Made by a program: the position numbers and the translations under genes. Positions 47,996 to 58,900 of a stretch of 64,000 bases of DNA are shown one piece after another. The stretch is taken from the NCBI GenBank assembly GCA_964035545.1, contig OZ037768.1:6356741-6420740 (forward strand), written 5' to 3'. Each line of letters starts with the position of its first letter. Within the stretch, counting starts at the first letter, position 1. The notes beneath the pieces are model-generated. The model saw nothing but the letters and a program-made list of their open reading frames with translations. It did no database searches and had not been told where the DNA came from. This DNA is from Bugula neritina (Eukaryota > Animalia > Bryozoa).

Positions 47996-49559
47996 ACCAA
48001 ATTAATATTAGTGTTATGCCCTGTTAACATGACCCAGAATCACTTGAAAATATCTAAAACAAAGATAAGATGATACTGTCATATTTTGATGTGGGTAGCC
48101 ACAGTAAATATTTTGGGTGACTTTTCTGACAAGTTACTGAGGCTCAAAGAAATAAATAAAGTATAAGTAGCTTTCAATAAAACTGTTTTTACTCTGAAAA
48201 TGGGTGAAAATATCAATTGTTTTAACATAAATGTTTCAAACAAACATGATGCTTCAAATTCACTTTTTTATCAGTGTAAAATAACAGAATGACCTATGGT
48301 AAGTCATTGGGATTCCCAAGGATTCTTTTAGCTTTGTGTGAAAGGTCAGTAGCCCACAGCATATATAGTAAAAGTTTTCATTTTTTTTGGTGTGTAACCC
48401 ACAGGATTTATTAGTGAGCTGATGAAACTTGAGACTTACTGAATATTTATGAAAACATGTATTAATTTGTGTTTTAGTTATGAGTGTATGACTACCATTT
48501 TATTGCTATTTTAATTCCCAATGAATTGTACTTAGTTAAAAAATTAGTTTAATTGTTTGATTTAAATATTTACCTTAGAGTAGTCTAAAAAATGAATTCA
48601 AATTATTTTAATGAAGCTCAAAGCGTTATGCTTCAACAACATTAAATACCATTACACTGCATTACATAGGATGATATTATGTTTGAAATTAAATGCTCCT
48701 TAATTATTAGATATTGCACCATGCAGTCACTGCGTGTAATGTGTGTGGTGACACTAAATGCAGACATAATACAGAGCTATAAAACTTTTAATCTAAATAA
48801 TTATCACTAAAATCATGATAAGCATATTCAAAATACTCCTCTAAAACAAACACAACTCTAACAATTTCAAGTACTATTTAAAGTTTGCATTAATCTTATC
48901 ACCTCAATGAATAAAATCATCTCTAAGTAAAAGGCATATTGGTATTCACATCAATATGGTTTTGAAGGCAAAGTTAGCAAAGATATAGTGCTCACTCACA
49001 CTGGCCCTATAAAAATAAAAACATACATATTTATTATAATCTTTACTGTAAACATTAATAATTACATGATGTTTTGTAATTTACAATAGTGATATTGATG
49101 GCAACAAGTCAGTTGTTAATGCAACATTGACTTTCATACTTCCACCAGTTACTTATATTTAATTAAATAAATAAAGTTATATTGCAAACAAAATTATGAA
49201 AGTATATTCAAATTTTCATTTAAAACAAACTGTATCTTTAATTAAACCTTTGAATCATTTCATCATTGACTTCAGAGTGCCAGAATGATAGTTGCAACTT
49301 ATTTGTCAGTGTAAGTATAACTATGCGAGAAATTTTATGAGTATAATATTAAATTAATTTTATTATTACTAATTTCAAAACTGGAGCAATTAATTAATTT
49401 GAACTATCACTATGACTATGTGAAAAAAATGTAGCTATGAGAGTTTATAAATAATAATTAGCATTACAATAAAAATCAAAATGATTAGATTTAAAGAATT
49501 TAATCAATACTTACAATACAAATATGTTAATTTAATGACATGAACAAAATGTTAATCAC

Positions 49560-50130
49560 TAATTCTAAATGTCAAATGCCATCACTATCATTATGAGTAT
49601 CAGTATAACTATCAATATCACTATGAATAACAGTAATAGTAAAACTAAAAGTAAATCAATAAATGTAATAGTAATACTCATATCAAGTCAAATACTGAAT
49701 ACAGAATAGTAATAATCATATTACTACTAGTACTGTTACTGTTAGTGTTTGTGATAGTATAACTACAACTATAACTGTATAGGTATGAGCACAAATGAGC
49801 ACAATCAGTATGAGTATCACACTATCAAAATCGTTATTGTATAGACTAGCCATTAGTATCAGTATGAGTAACAGTATGACTATGATGATGATCATGTCTC
49901 TTACAGTTACTAGTACTAGTAGTATTACAAGTATTATTAAAGCAGAAATAACAAACTATCAGACTATAGCTAATATCAATATAAGTATCAAATGCCACCA
50001 CCAGCCAGTGACTATCACTATCACCATGAATTAGAAATCTATAACTATAAGTAATGAAAATAAATAAATATAATCATATTGATAATCATATTCATATTCA
50101 TATTAATATTCATATTGATATTCTGATTCA
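49560..50130. repeat. Degenerate hexamer tract (A[CG]T-ATN)n
   Basis: For example agtatc agtata actatc aatatc actatg; explains spurious ORF 49795-50034. Confidence 0.8.
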
Positions 50131-50374
50131 TAAGGAATAATGATAAATACGTAACATAAACACACAAAATTGTAATTATATTAGCATCATTTTCATGAAT
50201 ATAGTTTTAGTAACAACAACGATTAATGATTAGCAAAGGAGAAACTACTAACTCTAAGTAATTTTACAACTTTTAATATAAATGTGTTGCATGGTGGTGC
50301 AAGATTTCGAACATTGTTTTATAATCTACTCGCCCGTGATTGGCTCAACGAACTCCCTAACGCAATAGGCATAA

Positions 50375-50431
50375 CATGTGCTTCTATTTACAAAACGACA
50401 TACCATGCCGGTTTGTAAATAGAAGCACATG
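50375..50431. other. Long hairpin next to a CCAAT box
   Basis: 20-bp perfect arms CATGTGCTTCTATTTACAAA / TTTGTAAATAGAAGCACATG plus 5 of 7 further inner pairs and a 3-nt loop. Confidence 0.9.
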
Positions 50432-50957
50432 GTTTTTCTCGTTCACACTAGCATGAACATTGCTATATAAACAATAATTTTTGTGGTCATCTATATTATA
50501 CTATGTGATCTGTTTTTAAAAAATATAAAAATTCTGAACAAAAACAAAATTTAAGTTAGAATGGTGATTAGTAACACAATAATTGTATCCAGCAGTAAAA
50601 AACATCATGTAAAAACATATATAAGCACATAAAAATTATTACATTATAGACATTATGATTATGAAAAACAACAAATTAGTAAAATTAAGAGTAGTTTTAT
50701 GCATAAATTAAAACAAATAAAAACTCCTTATAATTACTGTGACATTTAGTACTGTAAAATTTTGTTGTGGTGTTTGTTGCCATTGTGACTCCTACCCACT
50801 AGGAACACAATTCCAATATTCTGCTGAATCAAAATATAGTTAGCATCAATCCAGAGAGATTTTGTAAAATGCTCTGTGAACTAAAAGGTGTAGAAGTAGT
50901 TTCCAAAAACTGCAATATTTAGAGTCATATTTAGATAGATTGGCTCCTCCTCTTCAG

Positions 50958-50976
50958 AGGTCGAGGTCAGAGGTCA
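50958..50976 (+). promoter_or_regulatory. Nuclear-receptor half-site array containing a perfect DR1
   Basis: AGGTCG-AGGTCA-G-AGGTCA, with an ATTGG (CCAAT) box ~15 bp to the left. Confidence 0.45.
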
Positions 50977-51063
50977 CACATGTTCAAAATACCACCTTCT
51001 TTACATAATAAAACAAGCTGCCGCATAATAACAGTGCAGTCATTAAAATGGTCCTGTTAATGA

Positions 51064-51552
51064 TAGATCATGTAAAGCTCAGCCAATCAACTGCATTTAC
51101 CATTTATCTAATAGACATTATTATGACCATTAGATAAAATTTTGCTTAATAATTTGCCCTATTGGCTATGTCAGCTTCGTAAGTTTATGAAAGTTTATAA
51201 TTTCGTCAACTATTTAGCTAGAAGTGGAGAAAAGTAGAGTTATGTACTCTTTCGACTGTTGCACCATGCTACTAGACAACTAACAGATATATGATTTATA
51301 TTACATTTGAAACAAGCACAAGGTATATATTCTATGAAACAGCTGTAAAATTAATCTATAGCGCAATTTGTAAACGTTAAATTTTCAATCGGAAATGTGG
51401 ATGAAGTTTAGACTCACAAATCTAACAATGTTCAGCTAATTTTTGAAAGAATGCTTTTACAGTTGAACTTGCAGAATTTTATTCATAAGGTTATAATAGA
51501 GAGATGTTGGGGCTAGTATAGACCCCTGATTGGCTGAGTTTATCATGGTCTA
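51064..51552. mobile_element. ~490-bp non-autonomous TIR element with TAGA...TCTA ends
   Basis: Imperfect ~26-bp inverted repeat TAGATCATGTAAAGCTCAGCCAATCA vs TGATTGGCTGAGTTTATCATGGTCTA; no clear TSD. Confidence 0.5.
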
Positions 51553-51555
51553 GCT

Positions 51556-51640
51556 CATGGGTGCTCAACCTTTTATGGGAAAAGGCCTTAAATTAACCAT
51601 GAGCCACCAAAGAGGCCACTAGAAAGTTCAGTGTTAATTT
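51556..51640 (+). mobile_element. hAT-like terminal fragment
   Basis: CATGGGTGCTCAACCTTTT resembles the CAGGGGTG.TCAACCTTTT end typical of Charlie-type hAT elements; no second end found. Confidence 0.35.
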
Positions 51641-51710
51641 CACTGTCAAAACCCTCCATATATTTTTAATTAAAGCCTATTTTCGAATTTGATATAATTA
51701 TGTATTAATT

Positions 51711-51807
51711 GGTGTCCGGTAAAAAGGGCACAGCAAAAATGGCACAGCAAAAATGGCACAGATAATGGTAGCACAGGTAATAATGGCACAAGTGGCAAAG
51801 TAGGTAA
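51711..51807 (+). repeat. Left arm of the GGCACA-subrepeat element
   Basis: GGTGTCCGG start, five GCACA units and AAGTAGGTAA shared with the 27786 copy. Confidence 0.7.
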
Positions 51808-52319
51808 GGATAGAGCCTAGAGGGCATATTATATACGATGCGGGCAACGGCCTGAAATTTCTTAAGAAAAGACAACTCTATAATTTGTGTCGACGTTCAA
51901 AGTTATATCCCCAACGCCAAACTCGGGACCCATCAAACTATTGCATTCAGTCATCCTCAACTCGGAGCTGCTTATAAAACCAATCAAGTTGCCCAATGAC
52001 CTTGTTTGAACTATAGTATAATTCTATAATATTATTATTCACTGATGTCTCACGTTTTCTGCCATGAATTAGATTCAAGTTATGCAATGATTTTACATTC
52101 AATTGTAGTAAACAAGTCCATGGACTATATTTTTCATAGTTATGTAAAGCAAAGTTTTAGTATTTAGGTGGATGAAATTATTGTTTTTATTTTAACTATA
52201 TCAATATGACTGGTTTGGTTTTTTAATCCGAATTATGTTTTGCTTTTAGGCTTTAGACAAGGTGTATTTTTTGCTAACGAATGTGTGTTTACAAGAAAAC
52301 GCATATATTTTGGTGAATG

Positions 52320-52890
52320 TAATTGTAATATTTACTATGAGTGTCACTGTCAGTATCAGTATGAGTATCAGTAACTGTAAGTATTACTATTACTATTAGT
52401 ATTACTATTACTATTAGTATTAGTAATACTTATACAATCAGTATGAGTATCACTATCAGTATGACTATAAGTATCAGTATGAGTGTGATATTGTGATTGA
52501 CTGAGAAGTGCGATTGATTTTGGTTTTGAGAATGAGTGAGAGGCTGAGCAGCATTTCATTTTGATTAAATTTAATTTAAATTCAACAGTTACGCCAGTTA
52601 CTATTAGTGCCACAGTATCACTATCAGTACTCAGTAGGAATAACACTATCACTCGTAGTCGTTTAGTAGTACTAGTAGTATCCGTATGACTGAGTTTGAA
52701 CAACTCACTATTGCTAGAACTATAAGTATAAGCATCAGAATGAAAATGACTACAGACTTAGTAATACTGATACTCATAGTATGAGACTATAAGTATCAGT
52801 ATTACTATTACTATTAGCATTAGTGTTACTATTACATTTATTTAGTTTTAATATTACTATTAGTATTGCAATTAGTATTAGTATATAAAC
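52320..52890. repeat. Degenerate hexamer tract (A[CG]T-ATN)n
   Basis: actatg agtgtc actgtc agtatc agtatg agtatc ... actatt actatt agtatt; explains spurious ORF 52368-52703. Confidence 0.8.
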
Positions 52891-53505
52891 ATTGACTTTT
52901 AATTTAAACATGTAACTTTTAGTTGTATAACTTGTAAACAAACTATAATAGCAAGTTATAATATTGTACTTGTAGTACTATTTGTAGTTTAGATCACTAA
53001 GATTGTTAAAATAAACATGTACTCCAATAAATAAAATTTAAATTATAGTAGGAGTGTCTTAACCTTTGCCTTATTCAGTGAGAGTTGGTCTAAAGTTACT
53101 GTTAGTGTTAGTGTAACAGTTTCTTTCACACTCACAAGCACATAATTATGATTAAAGCAGTAAAACTAAAAATAACTGTAATATTGCCAGATTTGTTCAT
53201 AGTGACAGAAGCTTAATATAGTTTAACATTATTGTTGCAGGGTTATAACTCACTAACTGTTTATTTATTAATAATTTAAGACAAGGGCTTTTAAGCTATG
53301 CTTGTGGTTCAGCAAACTAGTACTAACGGAAAAAATTCTTCTAGTATTTGCAATTATCTACGCCACCTGATGTTTTCAAATATGTAGGTCAAACTAGGGA
53401 CTGTGTTGTAACCCAACGTATTATAACTATTACTTAATTTACAGGAATTGTTTTTTTTAGGAAGAAACTTTGGGGATATCTACAGGTTTAAGCATCTATA
53501 GCCTA

Positions 53506-55470
53506 ATGGAGCCTATATATTTGTGGGACGCTAACAATTTAGCCATATGTGCTGTAATAACTGCTTCCATGCAGCTAATCTTTTTCATCATAGCATTTGC
53601 TTGCAAGTTTGACAAGGTGACAGATTTTGCCGGTGGTACTAACTTTGTTGTGTTGGCCTTGGTTACTCTGGCACTGGCTCAGGTGAGTAGTTGCTTTGTA
53701 TTCTTATTTGTTCATTCGTCTACATTCTATATGTTCAAATTAATACTTTGCTTTAGTATAGTATATATTCTATATAAGTCTATGTTTTACTTTATGTGGC
53801 TTAAGTAGATTAAGTATTTAAGAGCAGTGTTTTACTTCTTGCAAATTGTAAAGAAGAATGACACATGGTATCATGTTATTAACGTATCATAGAGGGATTG
53901 GCATTAATTGGAAACAACTCCATTGAATTATTCCTGATGTTTTTATTATATACAGTATATATGTGTCTACCATACTTTTATCTATTTTATAGACCTTTCA
54001 TGTGCGACAGATCGTTACTACTGTATGCATAGTGATATGGGGTTTAAGGCTCTCAGGCTACCTGCTGTTTAGAATCATCAAAATTGGAGAAGATAAAAGG
54101 TTTGACGACAAAAGAACGAATTGCTTAAAGTTTGGGCTATTTTGGGTCTTTCAGGTGTGTAAAACATCTTCTGCAAATTAGCGGCTAGTGAAATGCTATG
54201 AGAATTAGTAACATTTGACAGTTATCATAGTGGTTGAACTTGTTTTTAGTTTGAATTTTATGGTATTTAAATTGTATAATTTAAAATATAAGATAAAAGA
54301 TTTATTCTATCAAATTCTATTCACTTGTCTTAGAATTCAAGAAAACCTCAAAAGTTCAAAGTTACTGTTTTGTATGTGACTATGTATTAGCTTGTGACTT
54401 TTGCTGCTTATGCATCAAAAATAAAAAATCGTATGACTATACTATACTTTGTGAAAGTTGTGTAAGCATATACATTTGTGTTTCAAGATACATTATATTT
54501 TGTATCTGTGATTTATATGTGATGTTATTTCAATAGTTTTCTATAAAAATGCTTTCGCCAATTTAAAAAAAAGGTATTTTTGAGCTAAGATTTATTTTCT
54601 CAAACTATGCTAATAATTTACAGGCTGTTTGGGTGTACACAGTAAGTCTTCCAGTTATATTTATCAATGCTCCTGGCAGCATAAATCAACACAATCTTCC
54701 AGACAGCGTAAATCTACTAAAAGATGGAGAATCATTCACCATACTTGACATTATTGGTCTGGTTTTCTTTCTAACTGGTTTGATTATCGAAACTGTTGCC
54801 GACTTTCAAAAGTTCTTTTTCAAAGACAATCCAGAAAATAGAGGGAAATGGTGCGATGTAGGTAGGTGATGGTGCTCAATAGTTAATTTAATATTTTTTC
54901 TAAATGTAATAATATATATGCACTGTGATACAATGTGACTATTTATTGAGTTGACTTGTAAGAAAAGTTGCTACTTCTGTGCAGGGCTGTGGAGATGGTC
55001 ACGCCACCCTAACTACTTTGGTGAACTCATGATCTGGTATTCTATATTCCTCACGTCGTGTAACGTTCTTGTTGGTGGGCAATGGGCTGCAGTTCTTGGG
55101 CCACTCTTCATTACATTCATATTGCTTAGCCTCAGTGGTATACCACTGCTAGAGGAGAAGGAGGATAGCAAGCATAAAGGGTAATACTTTAATGTCCACT
55201 AATAACTTATTTTGCAATTTATTTTCCAATCAAAAGATATCAGATTGAATGTAATGCTTTGAAGCATCGATCATTTCATCTCATATTTATTTCAGTAATG
55301 AGCAGTATTTGGAGTACAAGAGAACAACCAGTCCACTTTTCATTCTTCCACCATCATGTTACGGGCGATTGCCTAATGGACTGAAGTGCTGTGCTTGTGC
55401 AGAATATCCTTGCTACAATCATTTGGATAGTGCTGAAGAGCCCCTCACACAACAAAGAGCAGAAGGATAA
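53506..55470 (+). CDS. DUF1295 / steroid 5-alpha-reductase-like membrane protein, 5 exons
   Basis: Exons 53506-53682 (DKVTDFAGGTNF), 53993-54154 (WGLRLSGYLLFRIIKIGEDKRFD), 54624-54861 (ETVADFQKFFFK), 54985-55180 (GLWRWSRHPNYFGE...SGIPLLE), 55296-55470 (YLEYKRTTSP); phases consistent. Confidence 0.92.
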
Positions 55471-55943
55471 CTTTAATTGTTGTAAATAGCTCTTCCATGT
55501 TATCAACTTCCCAACTGTGAGCTTATGCATTTCCTATTAAACCCAAAGAATAAATGTAATAATTTTATTAGCTAGTCTTTTAATATTTGTATCTTCCCAG
55601 ATTTGATTTAACAATGCATCGTGGTTGCTCACATTTAACCTGCTATTGTCTCTTTAGAATAGTTAGTATTATTCATATAATTTTATGTCTGCTATTGCTC
55701 AACTTTGTGATGAATTTAATATCTTTTTGTGAGGAGCCAGTCATATATAATATTATTTATTCTAAATCAGTATATAAATATGTGTGACCATTTCCTTCAT
55801 ATCAGTAATACTGTAACTAACACTAGAGATGAGGTTATACTAGAATGTGCGGAATTTATTTATTTACAAAAAATACAGGGCAGTAAGAACAATAATTCGT
55901 CAGTTTTAGGTATATATATTTACAAACATGTAATGAAGTAAAA

Positions 55944-58900
55944 TTATTTTTGAAATTGATCTAAATATCCCAATATTTTGTTCTGTTCTTTTTCTCTAAA
56001 CTTTTCGTCAGCTGTCTCCCCAATATTTGAAACGTATTCTATAAATAAAACATGAGTTATATGAAAGATGAAACAATTGTTCATTATTATGTCAGTTACA
56101 AAAAGCTACTGAGACTGTAATGACACATACCTCTCATAACACCTTTGACTGCCTTCACAGACTCTCCTCTCATGTTCAATATTCTCATGATTTTACTTTT
56201 TATCTGTCAAAGAATTTGCAACATGGTTAATCCAAGTGCGTTGCTACCTCAACACCAATATTATGCTTAATAGAACTTATAACATTGCAATAACATGCAA
56301 TAAACCACAGCAATTCACTGACTTTCCTGTCAATTAAGAAATATAATGTTCTCTTAATAATTGTGCATCACACATCCAGAGTTAATCTCGTATAACTTAC
56401 CGTTGATGGCCCAGTAGCTGATATGTCAATCATGACATAGTCTAGAAGTTGGAGCACAAATAAACCCGCATCCAATCTTCTCATGTAGAACTCGTCATCT
56501 TTCTCATCCGTGACATCATCAGCTGTTAGTGACTGCAATATCATGACTCATACATAGCTCATGTCCATGTGAGTTCTGCAGCTTATGGTGGCCATTGATT
56601 GAACATACTAGCATCTCACCCAAAACATTTCATTCAACTTGGTGAACAATTACTTCTACATGCTATAAGAGTTTTAGAACTTATTGAAAAATAATACTTG
56701 CCCTTTTCTCTCTTTCGATTTGCTTGTCACAGTTTCTTACTTTTTCCAGGTATTTGAAGTGCAACTCTAACAATCTTTCAACCTTGAAATGTAAGACAAC
56801 TCTCAATTATAACTGATAGAAACACAATAAATATGCACATGAGAAATGAGCTTAGTATCATAATAAAATGTATTAAACATCATGAAGCAAAAGTATAAAC
56901 ATTTGCAGAAAAATGCGCTTAATTTATTGCTAACAAATGAAATAATAAGGTACCTTTTCATGGTCATTTTCAACAAACTTGTTCAAAACTCTCTGCTTCT
57001 GTGTGGAGCTACCAACTTTTACTATGGAAGACAGTATAGACACAATATGTTCTTCTAGCTGTCCAGCCGTTAAACCTTTTTTGTTGACCTAATCATGCAA
57101 ATAGAGGTAATGTAGCATATAAAATAAAACAAGTATATTCATCAATCTTCAATTAAACGCTTTCATTATCAAGCATTACTTTTGAATGAATATTGTTAGG
57201 CGTGAATAATTGCAACACAAAATAGCCTAACCTGCAGTAAAAAATCAATCAATACAAACGTATATAAATTATACCCGCATTTTCAAAACCTGCAATTCAG
57301 CTAGAACCAACTAACAGCACATATTGTAACAGACAAGATCTATCTGATGCTGAGAACTTAGAGTTTGCACTGCAAGCGTAATAAAAAGACACATAAAATC
57401 AGTAATCTACATTACTTGTAAACTACAAACTTTGCATTCACATAATTTATTTAGAAGAATCAATCTAAAAGCTACCTTTGGAGTTTTCATGAACAATGGA
57501 AAGATAGTCCTTAAGCCAAGTATGTCCACAAATTTTTGACAAAGTTCAGCCCCTTCAGGGCCAGTCATGGCATAGTCCAGGACTTTTATAGCACTGTTAC
57601 GGGACTGCTTTTTCTCCCTGAAACCCAGAATAACTAAACTGTACATATTTATTGTATGTCCTGATGCCCGCAAGAACATATTTCTTGTCTGCAATGATGC
57701 TGGAAATGGAAGGTCTACCATTTCTTTGGTGCACAGACTAATTCAAAAGTAACGCTAAACCACACAGCCACGGTTTACTGAGCTCTATAAAATATTTATG
57801 AAACTTCCTTGATAATTGAGAGTAGTGCGGTTTTTTTTAAGCTGACCAAGCTGAAATTGATCTTATTTATATTACTCTTTTACAAGTATGGCCAACAACA
57901 GATATTTAGAAAGTTACCTCAGCAAGAGATTCATAAGCTGCAGGCCTTCCCCTTTCATGAACCGCTCTTTGTTGGGCGTATACATCAGACTAGAACACAG
58001 CGAGTTGAACAGATTCTCCATACATTCAAACTCTTCTGATGAGTCTGGATCTCTTTTCTTGTAGGACTGAAATAAAGAGAGGACAACTATCAACAAATAC
58101 CATTAGAGAATATAACTCCTATTGTAGAAAAAAGATTATTATAAACATGCTTTATCCAGTCCACATTATTTAGACATATATATCAATGGAGGCATGCACC
58201 GGCTAGCAGACTTACAGCAAACCATGTAAAGCTATAGGTTTACAGTAGAGTGTAAATTAGACAAATTCACAAGAAAATACTAAATACTTGCGTTTAGCTG
58301 CTGCAACAAGATATCAATACCATCAATATCCCCCAGCAGTGACCTTGTACTATCGTTATCTTGCAACAGAATAGCAAGTATTTCAGAAGTATACAGTTTA
58401 TTGCTGTCAAAGGGTGCTTTCAGCTTAATCCTCTGCAGCAGCCACTTGAGTAAGCCTTGCGCAGCCAAGTCACGACTTGATTCTGGCCTAAACTCTATGA
58501 CGTTCTCAATGATACCTAAACAGCAGAGCTTAATAGTAATATTCTCAACCACTTCTAGTACTTGACACAAACAAAGAAAAACTTGAGCTACAAATATAAA
58601 AGCGCCATCACAGAATACAAAGAATAATTATATAGTGTGCCAAAAACTGGCACAACAAGCAGTTTGCATTAAACTTTAGGAAACTCATGCAACATTTTAA
58701 TAACATGTCTATTTACCAGTTATAAACATTTAAATGGACCAAAAACATTCACAAAAGGCACATATTCAAAACACAAAAACTGCAGCCAATTTGAAGAAAA
58801 CTTGCAATTATTATTTATTAAACTGATTTTAAGCCATTAGTTTACCAAGAGAGTTGTGTACACCATCTGCCTCTTCTTTCACAGACTCATCAAGTCTCTC

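Noticed and set aside
49795-50034. Ser/Thr/Ile/Met-rich ORF (and the similar ORF 52368-52703)
   Set aside because: By-products of the hexamer-periodic tracts; no splice or homology support
51711-51807. CRISPR-like or iteron array
   Set aside because: Eukaryotic context, units are contiguous without unique spacers, and they match a dispersed foldback repeat
55470-55944. Overlapping 3' UTRs of the convergent DUF1295 and CTNNBL1 genes
   Set aside because: Candidate polyA signals (plus ~55548; minus ~55755 and ~55856) allow non-overlapping ends; no evidence of overlap
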